Below are positions 48,312 to 58,590 of a stretch of 64,000 nt of DNA, one piece after another. The DNA is taken from IMG/VR virus record IMGVR_UViG_3300035670_000060, positions 1-64,000 of that record. One strand, given 5' to 3'. The first letter of the stretch is position 1; each line of letters opens with the position of its first letter. The stretch comes from a virus. Made by a program: the position numbers and the translations under genes. Under the pieces are notes generated by a model, which worked only from the letters and a program-made list of their open reading frames with translations, was not told the DNA's origin and searched no databases.

Positions 48312-50201
48312 TTAAGCGCCAATTTCAGCGAAAGCGGCTGCACCTCTAACAGAAACAAAGTTCAATTGAATGAAGTTGACTGATCCAATTGGTTGTACAA
48401 AGATATCAGCAACAAATCCATTTGAATTTACAATGTCTTCAGTGTTATTTGTTTCATTACATATAACTCTGAAATCAACAATACCACGTCTTGCTTGAAC
48501 ACTTCTTAGATATGGTGTTACAAGATTAACAAACGTTGATCTTGTTGTTGCATCATTTTGATCGAATAGAATACTTTCAGCAGTAGCAGTAATTGTTTTC
48601 TGAAGTTCAATAAACAATTTACGAACGTTAATTCGATTGAGTGATTGATTCTTTGTAATAAATGTTTTGTCACCATATAAAACTGTGCCACGACCAACTT
48701 TATTGAGTACAGCATTTACTGAGATTTTATATAGCGCATCTCTATCTGTTGGGCTTGGATTGTAAGCAAGTTTTACAACATTTGAAATAACGCCATTTGT
48801 TGTTCCTGCTGGTGAAAGCCAAGGATCTCTTGTACCATCGTTACGTGCAATAACTCCAGCAATATCTGGATTTAATGGAACATAAACGTATGTATCGTTA
48901 TATCTATCGTATTGATATTTCCAGCCTGTATCAGCAAAGCCGTATGTAGAACGTGTGATTCCACCAAACCATGTTTCAAGATTTGCAAGTGGACTTGGCA
49001 CGTTTACAACATATGATTTTGGTGGTGAGAACGTAACGATAGCATCTTTTCTGATTTCAGCAATGTCTGAAATTAAAGAATTAATAACGGTATTTGATGA
49101 CTGACCAGCAATTATAACGCTAACTTCAACAGATTCTTTACTTTCGAATTTATCGTAGCCTGAAAGTCTTTCTGTGTCGCCAATGTCTGTGCCATCTGCA
49201 CCGCCACTTAAACTAAAATTGATTGTATTTGAATTTCTACCAAATGCACCTGCATTGATAAGTGAAGTGCCCCATGCAGTAGCAGAATCAGGATTTGTAT
49301 TTGTTGAATCATGCCCTACCCAGTAAATATACTGTGAACGTGCGTTAATTACATCTTTATAATAATTTGTACCGCCGTCTGGTGAACGTGCATCAACACC
49401 TTTTGAAAGACCTTCGTATTTTTCTAAAACAAGACCAATTGTTCCTGTGATTGCAGCATCTTCATCAACAACTGCTACGTGAAGTTCATCATACAATGCA
49501 TTTGCTGAGGCTGCACTAGCTGAAGTACCTGGTGCTGCTGCGAATTCATCGTAATATTCCCAACGACGTTTTCCTGTTACGCCTGTTAATGTCACAGGAT
49601 ACGCTGAAGTGAGCGTGAAATGTGTAGTATTAGTAATCGAAGCAACTTTAATTGAACGACCTTCACATACGAAATAGTCTCCAACTCTCATTTCAGTGTT
49701 TGCTGCTGAACTTGTTCCTACAACTAAAGTGGATGCTGCTGTAGTGGCATAAGTTCCAGAAAGGTCGCTTTGCCAAGCATTTGCTGATGAACATACGGAA
49801 ACTTTAAGTGAATTGCCTAATGCGCCTGGATACTTAGCAATCCATAATCCATTATTAAATGATGTCGTATTATTATAATCGTCAATATTTTCAACAAGCG
49901 TGGCTGAGCCAGTAGACACTGCATTAAATGCTGTAGTGGTATTCGCTGCTCTAACTACATAGAGATTTCCAGTATAATTTAGAAAGTTACCGGCACAAAG
50001 AAAATCAACGATACAGTTTGAATTTGGCTTACCAAATTTTGTTGCCAATTCATTTTCACTTGTAATTTGAGTGACTTCGTTCACTGGACCCCAACGGAAT
50101 TGTCCCGTAAAGGCACCAGCAACAGTACCAGTAGATGGCGCTACGGAAGTAAAGTCTCTTTCAGTAACCTTTACTCCAGGTGAAACTAGACTGATTGCCA
50201 T
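48312..50201 (-). CDS. gp18: Tail sheath protein gp18
   Basis: SPGVKVTERD, FRWGPV, WKYQYDRYND, PWLSPAG, RINVRKLF. Confidence 0.96.
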   Translation of the reverse strand: MAISLVSPGVKVTERDFTSVAPSTGTVAGAFTGQFRWGPVNEVTQITSENELATKFGKPNSNCIVDFLCAGNFLNYTGNLYVVRAANTTTAFNAVSTGSATLVENIDDYNNTTSFNNGLWIAKYPGALGNSLKVSVCSSANAWQSDLSGTYATTAASTLVVGTSSAANTEMRVGDYFVCEGRSIKVASITNTTHFTLTSAYPVTLTGVTGKRRWEYYDEFAAAPGTSASAASANALYDELHVAVVDEDAAITGTIGLVLEKYEGLSKGVDARSPDGGTNYYKDVINARSQYIYWVGHDSTNTNPDSATAWGTSLINAGAFGRNSNTINFSLSGGADGTDIGDTERLSGYDKFESKESVEVSVIIAGQSSNTVINSLISDIAEIRKDAIVTFSPPKSYVVNVPSPLANLETWFGGITRSTYGFADTGWKYQYDRYNDTYVYVPLNPDIAGVIARNDGTRDPWLSPAGTTNGVISNVVKLAYNPSPTDRDALYKISVNAVLNKVGRGTVLYGDKTFITKNQSLNRINVRKLFIELQKTITATAESILFDQNDATTRSTFVNLVTPYLRSVQARRGIVDFRVICNETNNTEDIVNSNGFVADIFVQPIGSVNFIQLNFVSVRGAAAFAEIGA

Positions 50202-50250
50202 TTATATTCTCCTTGTTATAATGATATTCAATCTTGCGATTTGTTTATTT

Positions 50251-50258
50251 TATTTATA
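50251..50258 (-). promoter_or_regulatory. T4-type late promoter TATAAATA
   Basis: Exact motif upstream of gp18, flanked by a TTGCG...CGCAA inverted repeat. Confidence 0.8.
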
Positions 50259-50270
50259 AAAAACGCAATT

Positions 50271-51914
50271 TTATAATCTGAAGAAGTCTTTTTCTCGCCT
50301 TTCCAAGTCTCTATCTATTTCCCAAAGTTGACCGGAACCATCAACAATTCTATCTTCATCGTGGCCATCATTAATAATTCCAAATGGAGTGACTTCATCC
50401 TCGATTGCTTTCATTCTTTGTTCGTACAATTCTTTTCTTATATTGGTATTTGTTAGTTCTTTAAAATATGGATTGGTTGTAAGCCAAGAAAAGAGCACCA
50501 GTGGCATGACTAAATCATCATGATAGCCTTCGTCTGCACTGTAACTATTTTTTCGTTCAATAAATGTTGAAATTTCCGCAATGGTATCCGCATCTTGAAT
50601 CAGCATTTTCTTGCCTTCAACAAGCGATTTAAAATTCATACAGCCAATCCGTTTGACTTTTTTATCTGTATTCACGCCCAATTGTGTCTTACCACCACCA
50701 AATCCACCCGAAACAACTTGACCCTGTGGTGTTCGATTGACGAATATAATGTTCTCATATTCATATTCACTATGTAGAATTTCTGCTACTTGCTCTGAAG
50801 TGTTGGTTTCAATGAGTACCCAAGCACTGTTATATTCTTTAGCAACTTTATAAATCATAGAAGGGTATAATAGTGGACTGATTGTATTGTCTCTGAATTT
50901 ACCAACTTGACGATAAGGCATTTCAGTTACATCAAGCACTGTAAATGCTGAATAGTCTCCACCGACACCTTTTGCAACATCGGCAACCAACACATAAGAA
51001 TGATCACGTTCTACTTTATCATAAACATCTAAACCATCTTTACTGTAAATTGGACTACCTGCTGACATCTGTGCTATAGAATCTGCATCAATTAATGTCA
51101 GACTTGATCCTAAGAATGCACAAAGAATCTCTTGGTTAAACTTAAGATTACCCAACTGTCTACGCTGTTCTTCAGCCCATTTCTCATCACGCCCAGGTAT
51201 CTTCCAGTATGGTATAAACAATGGTACAAAATCGTTTCTCTTCTTTTCAGCATCGTTCCAGAATTTCCAGAAGTGGTTGTATCCAAGAGGTGTAGAAGAT
51301 AGTAGAATTTTGGTTGTAGAACCAGCAGAAATGGTTGGTGAAACTGCTGTAAAGAATTCTTCTGCTATATTATTTGGTATAATTGCTGTTTCGTCAACAT
51401 ACAATAAATTAACAGACTTACCACGAATACCCTGGCGACTTGTTGCTGCTGTGAAAACAATCGATCCATTTTCAAGTGCAATGTCACCTTTGTTCCATGT
51501 CTTGACGCCTTGCTGCAACCATTGCGGAAGGTGTTCGTACATAAGTTGATAACGTGATAAAACTTCTCTTGCTGCTGTTGCTTTGTTTGCAAGGATTGCT
51601 ACAGTTTTGCTGCCCTGAAAAAGTGTGTACCAAAGAATATATGCAGCCGAAGTTGTAGTCTTTCCTTGCTGCCGTGGCTCCATCAGAATGACTTTCCGGT
51701 TGTTATGGATTATATCCAGTTTTTCTTTCTGACAATCGTAAAGATTGAACGGCTGCAAACCATAATCTAATGTTACAATTTTACAATATTTTTCAATAAA
51801 GTAAATGTAATCCTCTGAACACTTAATATATTCTTCGATGTTCTCTTTTGTAAACGGTACTGAAACACCCGCTGCTTTGAGGAGCGGATTTCCTAAATAA
51901 ATTTTCTTAGCCAT
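50271..51914 (-). CDS. gp17: Terminase large subunit gp17
   Basis: RQQGKTT, LYVDE, SSTPLG, ADVAKG, HDDLVM. Confidence 0.97.
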   Translation of the reverse strand: MAKKIYLGNPLLKAAGVSVPFTKENIEEYIKCSEDYIYFIEKYCKIVTLDYGLQPFNLYDCQKEKLDIIHNNRKVILMEPRQQGKTTTSAAYILWYTLFQGSKTVAILANKATAAREVLSRYQLMYEHLPQWLQQGVKTWNKGDIALENGSIVFTAATSRQGIRGKSVNLLYVDETAIIPNNIAEEFFTAVSPTISAGSTTKILLSSTPLGYNHFWKFWNDAEKKRNDFVPLFIPYWKIPGRDEKWAEEQRRQLGNLKFNQEILCAFLGSSLTLIDADSIAQMSAGSPIYSKDGLDVYDKVERDHSYVLVADVAKGVGGDYSAFTVLDVTEMPYRQVGKFRDNTISPLLYPSMIYKVAKEYNSAWVLIETNTSEQVAEILHSEYEYENIIFVNRTPQGQVVSGGFGGGKTQLGVNTDKKVKRIGCMNFKSLVEGKKMLIQDADTIAEISTFIERKNSYSADEGYHDDLVMPLVLFSWLTTNPYFKELTNTNIRKELYEQRMKAIEDEVTPFGIINDGHDEDRIVDGSGQLWEIDRDLERREKDFFRL

Positions 51915-52314
51915 TACCTTTGAGCAATTTCTGTAACTCTGCTGTACTACCTACAAATAAAGCGTTGGTTACATGACTTGGTTGCTTGTCTTCTTCTTTG
52001 TGTTTGATTTCTTTGACTTTCTTAGAAAGTTCTAATAAATCTTTATTTGTTTCTGCTAATGTTTTGATAAGTTGACCGACAACTTCAAATGCTCTTGGAG
52101 ATTCTACGTCTTTGGCCAAATAAAGAGCATCTTCCATAGCCTCTTTACCACGTTCAATAAAATGGCGAAGATTGTCCCGAGCATATTCAAAATCATCGTC
52201 AATAGAATCATTCTGTTTTTCCATAATAGATGCGACAGGATATTCTTTAGGGCTATTTTCAATATAAGGTATATCCAATGCATCGCTTAATTTTTTGTCT
52301 ACGGGAGTTTTCAT
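51907..52314 (-). CDS. gp16: Terminase small subunit gp16
   Basis: DFEYARDNL, PRAFEV, NALFVGSTAELQK. Confidence 0.93.
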   Translation of the reverse strand: MKTPVDKKLSDALDIPYIENSPKEYPVASIMEKQNDSIDDDFEYARDNLRHFIERGKEAMEDALYLAKDVESPRAFEVVGQLIKTLAETNKDLLELSKKVKEIKHKEEDKQPSHVTNALFVGSTAELQKLLKGNG

Positions 52315-53057
52315 GGTGTTGTCAATGTTGTTGAAAATCCAAAATCGGAGTTTGAAACTATGGATGTTGTACTTACGAGTGCTGGTTCTGTTACGCTTTT
52401 TGAATCATTCTTAATGTTAATTGTAGCATTACCGATATATCTATTTGTTGTAACTGGTCCAAATAAGTATCCTTTTACGACAAATGATAAGTCCCAACTA
52501 ATGATTCTGCGAGAATCAAAATCTCCTTCGTATGTATCTTCGGAAGAAATTGATAAAAGTTCTATAGGAATGTCCATATTCAGCGACAGACTTGGCAAAA
52601 CTTTCATCGTAACAGTGAAATCTGGTGCAAAAAATGGTATAATTTTTTCTATAATTTGCGTTCCGTCTTCAGCATTTCTTACCAACGCACTCAGTGTAAA
52701 ATTCATATCGTAAGGAACTGGAGAATATACGCTTGTAAAGTTTATTGCATCAGGATTTAAATTCTTTTTTATCTTAAATCCGGTGTTTAATTTTCTTGCT
52801 GGAGCATAAGTTATACCGTTCATTTCAAATCCTAATCGTGGAAGTTGTGTGCTAAATTGTTCTCTTCCGATTTGAGGATCAGTTGTAACTCTACGAATAA
52901 ATTTTTGTTTTGGTCCATATTCTATAGGAACATTCACGTTTTGTATGACGCTCCCATTTGAATCATATCGCTCAACTTGAATTTCATTGAAGATATTTCC
53001 AAACATTATAATATATCGACGTAGCGTGCCGTGATAGAAATCATGACCGAATATCAT
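52311..53057 (-). CDS. gp15: Tail sheath stabiliser / terminator gp15
   Basis: FYHGTLRRYIIMFGNIFN, VPIEYGPKQK, LPRLGFE, QIIEKIIPFF. Confidence 0.93.
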   Translation of the reverse strand: MIFGHDFYHGTLRRYIIMFGNIFNEIQVERYDSNGSVIQNVNVPIEYGPKQKFIRRVTTDPQIGREQFSTQLPRLGFEMNGITYAPARKLNTGFKIKKNLNPDAINFTSVYSPVPYDMNFTLSALVRNAEDGTQIIEKIIPFFAPDFTVTMKVLPSLSLNMDIPIELLSISSEDTYEGDFDSRRIISWDLSFVVKGYLFGPVTTNRYIGNATINIKNDSKSVTEPALVSTTSIVSNSDFGFSTTLTTP

Positions 53058-53903
53058 TTACCACTCCTTAGTTGAAGCAAATGGATTCGCTTCGCTAAAA
53101 TCTAAAATGTCATCATCATTAATTTGTGATGTAATGAAATCATTATCTGCTGTATTTGCTCTATTTTCAAAGAAATATCCTTCTAGTAGAATACTACTTA
53201 AATCTTGATGGACTAATTTATATCCATCTTCCATTAACAATTCATCAAGGACATTTGTAGCGAGACTGTAGGAGTCTTCGATTTCGTCAATGTCTGAAAC
53301 GTCAGTATCAATAACTTCTGCTGAGTAATCAAATCTATCACATCGTAATTCGTATGTATATGTTTTACCTAATTGAAAAAAGTATTCATTATCTTCACAA
53401 AATTTAATTTCATACATTGATTTTACCAAAGGCAACCAAATTAAGTCACCCTCTCTTGGTCTGTAGATACCTGAATAATCGTAATCTGAGTTTTTTCTGC
53501 CATCTATCTGTGATAGTTCTTCATCTTGAAACAGCAATTCATTACCATCTTCAAGCAAAAGATTGTAATTATATTCCGTCATGAGGCATGGTTTCATTGC
53601 CTGTTGAAATCTTTTTTGCGGCAATGAAAATGTAATTTGTTCATCGACTTGCAAACCAAACTTTGATATGAAATCCAATTGACCTTGAAAGCCGTCAAAT
53701 GTTTTAATATACATTTCAAGTTCTATAGCATCATCAAAATACATTGAACCATCTTCGCCATAAAGTTTGTCAAGATTGACATGTGTTCTTGGTAAATAAT
53801 AAGCTGGTACACCATAAATCTTTATAGCTTCAATAATCAAATCTTCATAAACATTTTGTTCAGTGGATGTTGAATATTGATTGAAGTGCCTATTTCGTGC
53901 CAT
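53058..53903 (-). CDS. gp14: Neck protein gp14
   Basis: EAIKIYG, YLPR, SKFGLQ, RPREGDLI, DFSEANPF. Confidence 0.93.
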   Translation of the reverse strand: MARNRHFNQYSTSTEQNVYEDLIIEAIKIYGVPAYYLPRTHVNLDKLYGEDGSMYFDDAIELEMYIKTFDGFQGQLDFISKFGLQVDEQITFSLPQKRFQQAMKPCLMTEYNYNLLLEDGNELLFQDEELSQIDGRKNSDYDYSGIYRPREGDLIWLPLVKSMYEIKFCEDNEYFFQLGKTYTYELRCDRFDYSAEVIDTDVSDIDEIEDSYSLATNVLDELLMEDGYKLVHQDLSSILLEGYFFENRANTADNDFITSQINDDDILDFSEANPFASTKEW

Positions 53904-53905
53904 GA

Positions 53906-54649
53906 TTATCCAATCATATCAGATACAGGTAATGAATATGAAGATATCATCTCAGCTTCTAATGCTGTTATTTCATCTGTTGCTTCATCCCAAATTTTTT
54001 GACCGTTGAATGTCAGACCACCCGGCATTTGGAGACCTTCAAACTTTTTTAAATTTTCGCCCCACTGTTTTTTAATTTGTGCTGTTGCATATCGTTGAAG
54101 CCATCTGTCACCCCATACATCTGAGTATGTATCAGGATCCACTTTCTGGTATGCTTCAATAATAATATATTCGCCAGTCACAACTTTTGCTGACCAATCC
54201 ATATCGATATAAAGTCTGTTTACATGGCGATTATATCTGAGACTTTGGCGCCCAACAAAAAGTTCTTCAGCAAGCGCAACATTCTGAAGTGCCATGTAGT
54301 ATGGTGCGAAAGGTCCATAATTGAATGCAAACAGATCGTTCAGTGCGATTTGATATCGAATGTTGAACAGATTGTTTGAAGAATAAGAGTCACCAATATC
54401 AAATATATTAATGATACCAATGACTGCTTCTGGAATGGTTATGTATTTGTTTGTCTTGTCTTCAGCAGTGACTGGATGTGCTAAATAAACTTTCTGTGTA
54501 CCATCAAAATGATAATCGTGATAATACGCTAATGCTTCGTCAATTCTATCTTCAACTTGTTCATCCGCTACATTAATTTCAAGTACAGGTTTCCCTAACT
54601 TACGTAAGCAATATTCTTTAAATTCATCTCTACTGGTAGGTTTAGCCAT
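53906..54649 (-). CDS. gp13: Neck protein gp13
   Basis: YCLRKLGKPVLEINV, YHFDG, KKQWGENLKKF, PGG. Confidence 0.94.
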   Translation of the reverse strand: MAKPTSRDEFKEYCLRKLGKPVLEINVADEQVEDRIDEALAYYHDYHFDGTQKVYLAHPVTAEDKTNKYITIPEAVIGIINIFDIGDSYSSNNLFNIRYQIALNDLFAFNYGPFAPYYMALQNVALAEELFVGRQSLRYNRHVNRLYIDMDWSAKVVTGEYIIIEAYQKVDPDTYSDVWGDRWLQRYATAQIKKQWGENLKKFEGLQMPGGLTFNGQKIWDEATDEITALEAEMISSYSLPVSDMIG

Positions 54650-54675
54650 GGCATTTTCCTTTAATGCGACATGAC

Positions 54676-54683
54676 TATTTATA
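54676..54683 (-). promoter_or_regulatory. T4-type late promoter TATAAATA
   Basis: Exact motif upstream of gp13. Confidence 0.75.
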
Positions 54684-54685
54684 AT

Positions 54686-54898
54686 TTAACAGATTAGTGC
54701 TTTGCCATCAATCAATAGTAAATTGCCTTTGCATGCCAGATTCCATTTTTTTACACCATGCTCGTAAGTACATTCGTCATACACGGGCACGTTGATTTCT
54801 AAACTTTTAGCTAAGACTTCTTCGCCATTTTCAAAAATTCTCCAGAAAAAATCAGTGTCGCCGTGCTGTGTATTAAATCGAATATGGTATTGCTTCAT
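54686..54898 (-). CDS. Small conserved hypothetical protein
   Basis: YHIRFN...WRIFENG...KWNLACKG; ATGA overlap with the upstream kinase fusion. Confidence 0.65.
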   Translation of the reverse strand: MKQYHIRFNTQHGDTDFFWRIFENGEEVLAKSLEINVPVYDECTYEHGVKKWNLACKGNLLLIDGKALIC

Positions 54899-55731
54899 TC
54901 AATTCCCATTTCTTTTCGAATTTTGGTTGCTGAAATAGCATGTATCGTATCATCGAAAACTTCTTGTTCAATCTTGTAGCCGACATCTCTACCGTATGTG
55001 ATGTTTACAATGTTTGGAACAATCAAAATTTCATACTGACCTTGATAGAGTGGATCTAAGTCTCTTCGAATATAGTTTTTAACTTCTTCAATTGCAAATG
55101 GATTACTTCCATTCCAACCCTGACAATCACGAATCATGATACATACTTGACCAGTTTTTGCTAACGCTCTTTCAAATAACGCACGATGACCTTTGTGCCA
55201 TGGTTGCCAACGACCTAACATCTGCACAGTTTCTTTGCGCCAATCAAAAGTTGGTCTTCTTTTACGACTTAAAATTGCTTCACCTACATACTGCACCCAC
55301 TTTTCAGCATTCTTTTCGTTGATTCTAAAATCATAGATTTCTGGTGGCACAAATGCTTTGTTCGTATCTTCATAACGACCAGCATCAATCGTATCCATCC
55401 AGATTGTCCAGTCTGCTTTAAAGTTGTGACGCATTTCAGCAAGTGGTGCTACAAAATCACAAATGACATATTCGCCAGTGCATCGCATTGCAAATTCTGC
55501 CATCCTCAACGACTGCCGAATGCGACCTTCTTTTGAAAAGTCCCAATCATTGAATCGCTTTCGAATGTCATCAGCATTGAACCAATCAACTCGTGCGTTC
55601 ATTCGAGGATATGGAGCGTCACTAAGTGTGTTTAAAGGACGCTCTCCGTGAATCTCAAGATAAGTCTTTAATCGTTCTGCAAAATATGTTTTACCTGAGC
55701 CAGGCAAACCCATAATCAATATTTTTTCCAT
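54895..55731 (-). CDS. APS-kinase-like P-loop domain fused to an HxGH nucleotidyltransferase (putative minimal PAPS synthase)
   Basis: GLPGSGKT, NADDIR, DFSKEGRIRQ, CDFVAP (CysC-like); GRWQPWHKGH, YGRD, ISATKIR (HxGH nucleotidyltransferase). Confidence 0.75.
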   Translation of the reverse strand: MEKILIMGLPGSGKTYFAERLKTYLEIHGERPLNTLSDAPYPRMNARVDWFNADDIRKRFNDWDFSKEGRIRQSLRMAEFAMRCTGEYVICDFVAPLAEMRHNFKADWTIWMDTIDAGRYEDTNKAFVPPEIYDFRINEKNAEKWVQYVGEAILSRKRRPTFDWRKETVQMLGRWQPWHKGHRALFERALAKTGQVCIMIRDCQGWNGSNPFAIEEVKNYIRRDLDPLYQGQYEILIVPNIVNITYGRDVGYKIEQEVFDDTIHAISATKIRKEMGIE

Positions 55732-55748
55732 TATATAAAACTCCAAAA

Positions 55749-55994
55749 TTATTGAGCGATTGCTGCACTTCCCTGAGTGATTGCGTTATGCAAATCAGAA
55801 ATGTCTTCGCCAGATCCGGACACATCTGGATTTCCAACTACTAGTTTAAGATGCTCAACATTTCGATCAATGTTTCCACGAAGTTCGTCAGAAAGTGTTG
55901 CGCCTGCTGCAATCTTTGCTAAAGAATCTTCAATGACCCAAACGCTATCTCTTGCTGCTCGAATTGTATATAGAACTTCTGGTGTTGCTGGCAT
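55749..55994 (-). CDS. Hypothetical protein
   Basis: 81-aa ORF with GGAGG RBS; RNVEHLKL motif. Confidence 0.65.
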   Translation of the reverse strand: MPATPEVLYTIRAARDSVWVIEDSLAKIAAGATLSDELRGNIDRNVEHLKLVVGNPDVSGSGEDISDLHNAITQGSAAIAQ

Positions 55995-55995
55995 A

Positions 55996-56946
55996 TTAGC
56001 CTCCTATGAGTTTAGTATCTTCGGTTTCTGTTGGTGCATCCGATTCGGATGTTGGTTCTTCAAAATTTGCGTCAATCTCTTGTAGATTTCTCCAAAATGC
56101 TGTATTTTCACATCGCTTTAAAATTTCTTCTGAAAGAACTTCTTTAGGATCGACTGACGCTCTATTTATTGTACTACGAACTTCATGCATGTCTGCAAGC
56201 CCATAAACTTCAGCATCTTTTTCTTTATGTATGTTTTCAATTTTGCTAAAGTCATGTGCGAAATATTCTTCACCAAGAAATTCATAAATCTTTCGCATTG
56301 TATCATCTGGATTCTCAAGCAAATCGTTATATTCAATGAAGTGAAGATTTTTCTGTCTACCTTCCATTAGTGCTTGTTGAATGCCAAAATAGCTTTGGCC
56401 AAGAATTCCATTTGGACTAGCTAAGAACGTACATCGATTATCATCGTTTAAAGGCGTGTTTGTTTTGATAAGCATTTCATCAATGAAATTAATCTTACCT
56501 TCACCGCCGTATGGATTTCTGCGTTGCATTGTAATAAATGATGTAAGAATTTCTTCAATGTCACGAACTGGGCATAAAACTTTTGGTTCAATTCCAAAAT
56601 ATCCAGGAATGTAATGTAGTCGATTCACCCATGACCGATTCTTGTCAATGATGACAGGCTTATCTACGTCAGAATAATAATTATCCATGACACTAGAAAT
56701 AATTTTTGCAGCTTGTGGTAACTTAGGAAAAGCCATAAAAAGTTCATCGTTTGAAAAAGAATTTTCAAGCGTGAGCATTGTAGGTACCACAGGAGAACTT
56801 GGACCAGAATAGACTCTTGGATTTTGATTTAGAATCGATGATAGAAGTGTACTTCCTGATCTTGGAAGCCCAGACATAAAGTAGTATGTCTTCATTGACG
56901 CTCTCATCATTTCTTCTCTTATAATTTCTTTAATCATTTCTTTCAT
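55996..56946 (-). CDS. PAPS-dependent sulfotransferase
   Basis: 5'-PSB motif SGLPRSGSTLL, DKNRSW, VRD...ILTSF (3'-PB), IEYNDL. Confidence 0.88.
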   Translation of the reverse strand: MKEMIKEIIREEMMRASMKTYYFMSGLPRSGSTLLSSILNQNPRVYSGPSSPVVPTMLTLENSFSNDELFMAFPKLPQAAKIISSVMDNYYSDVDKPVIIDKNRSWVNRLHYIPGYFGIEPKVLCPVRDIEEILTSFITMQRRNPYGGEGKINFIDEMLIKTNTPLNDDNRCTFLASPNGILGQSYFGIQQALMEGRQKNLHFIEYNDLLENPDDTMRKIYEFLGEEYFAHDFSKIENIHKEKDAEVYGLADMHEVRSTINRASVDPKEVLSEEILKRCENTAFWRNLQEIDANFEEPTSESDAPTETEDTKLIGG

Positions 56947-56957
56947 TGTTCATCACC

Positions 56958-57860
56958 TCATTGTTGATTGTTTACAGATTCTATAATTTTATTTATATCA
57001 AATAATTTAACGTCATCTGTATAAGGATATTCAATTTCATTTCCGTTGAAGTCAAAGTCAAATAAGTAACTGCCAGGAAGTTTGAAGTTATATGGCACAT
57101 CGGTACAAATATTATCATGCATATCATAACCAAAAACTTTAGGGCTTGTACCATTCCATAAAACAGTGGATTTCTTTCTAAGTGCTGCTGCTGCATGTTG
57201 CAACGAAGAGTCTATAAGAATTCTCTTTTTGCTATGTAAAAGAATACTAAAAAATTCCATTAGACTGAGTGCTTGTTGCTGCGTAGCAAAAACATGTTCA
57301 GCGCCTTCAAGTTTTGGTGAGTTCATCTTGGTAACTTGGTAAATATGATAGTCTTTTTTGTAATAGTCTATCAATTCTTGTGCTAATTCTGGCGGCATGT
57401 CTCTTGTCCATGAATAAGGCTTAGCATCTGTTGTCATTGGACCGCCACTTGTATGTATAACCATGATAGGCTTTTTTCTCAACCAAAATTTTCTTGAAAG
57501 ATCCCATTGAAGTTTATTAAACTTTACCTCTGGGCGCTCATTGTCGAATTTTAATTGATGCATTTCGCACCAATTTTCAATCAGTCGTTTCCGTTTATGT
57601 ATATGATTTGTCGTATAGTATGGTTCGTGATGAAAAATCAGAGAATCTTTATCTTGAATGTATTCTTGGTAGAAATATTGTGTGCCACCTAACAGAAAAA
57701 CTCTGTCAACAAAAGAAAGATTAATAAAAATATCAGGATATGCACATACGACAATGAGTTTTCTGTCAGGAAAATTGTTTTTAATTGCTTTTGCAACAGC
57801 GGTTGCTGCTACGTGTTTTCCAATACCGCCTTGAAGATGAAAAATACTATATTTCTTCAT
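56958..57860 (-). CDS. GT-B-fold glycosyltransferase (GT9-like)
   Basis: GGIGKHV N-terminus, IDSSLQHAAAAL, VLWNGTSP..FGY. Confidence 0.7.
   Translation of the reverse strand: MKKYSIFHLQGGIGKHVAATAVAKAIKNNFPDRKLIVVCAYPDIFINLSFVDRVFLLGGTQYFYQEYIQDKDSLIFHHEPYYTTNHIHKRKRLIENWCEMHQLKFDNERPEVKFNKLQWDLSRKFWLRKKPIMVIHTSGGPMTTDAKPYSWTRDMPPELAQELIDYYKKDYHIYQVTKMNSPKLEGAEHVFATQQQALSLMEFFSILLHSKKRILIDSSLQHAAAALRKKSTVLWNGTSPKVFGYDMHDNICTDVPYNFKLPGSYLFDFDFNGNEIEYPYTDDVKLFDINKIIESVNNQQ
56990..56997 (-). promoter_or_regulatory. Putative T4-type late promoter TATAAATA ahead of the sulfotransferase
   Basis: Exact motif 44 nt upstream of the sulfotransferase start, inside the 3' end of the GT gene. Confidence 0.5.
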
Positions 57861-57861
57861 A

Positions 57862-58590
57862 TTATAACCTTTCTTTTGTTGCTTTCACGATGTCCCACGT
57901 TCTCGCATTTTTGATATGATGAAAATGATATGCATTACTTGCGTCTAAAGCTAGTCTTTTAGTTATGTCATAATTTTTATGCTCTGAAACAAGCGTTTTT
58001 GATATCTCACCTTTGATCCTATTCGTCTTGAATATGTATATATGTTCGTTGTTCTGCGTCAGATATTCATCACCGAACCAGATTTGATATAGTCTTGGTA
58101 TCACCTTATACGAAGTTCGCTTTATAAACATACATACACCAAATGCATATCCTTGACCACCTATAGGTTGAGTTTTATCATGTTTGAGTTTGAACAATTC
58201 ATCTTCACCTTCATGAACACCAACTGTATAATTATCTGGTGTGTTTTTTAAATGAACGCCTACAACATCAATCTCTTTAAAATCTACTGCTGAGAAATCA
58301 CGAAATACACTCGATTCAACTTCTATGTCATCATTGATAATGGAAAGAACATTCGCTTTTGATCTATAGTAACCTTCATTCCACGAAGGATTTACGTAGT
58401 TGTTTTTACCATAACAAATGATATGCAACTTAGATGAATTCAATTCGTCAACTCTTTTTGGTCGATTTGCTTTGTCATTGTCAATCAAAAAGATATTTCC
58501 AATATACTCGCATTCAATGTAGGTGTCAAGTGCGGATAGAAAATTTTTAGACTTCCACATTGTAGGAATTACAACGTCAATTGTATTCAT
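57862..58590 (-). CDS. GT2-like glycosyltransferase
   Basis: VVIPTMW, LIDN, NPSWN, INDD, WFGD. Confidence 0.75.
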   Translation of the reverse strand: MNTIDVVIPTMWKSKNFLSALDTYIECEYIGNIFLIDNDKANRPKRVDELNSSKLHIICYGKNNYVNPSWNEGYYRSKANVLSIINDDIEVESSVFRDFSAVDFKEIDVVGVHLKNTPDNYTVGVHEGEDELFKLKHDKTQPIGGQGYAFGVCMFIKRTSYKVIPRLYQIWFGDEYLTQNNEHIYIFKTNRIKGEISKTLVSEHKNYDITKRLALDASNAYHFHHIKNARTWDIVKATKERL

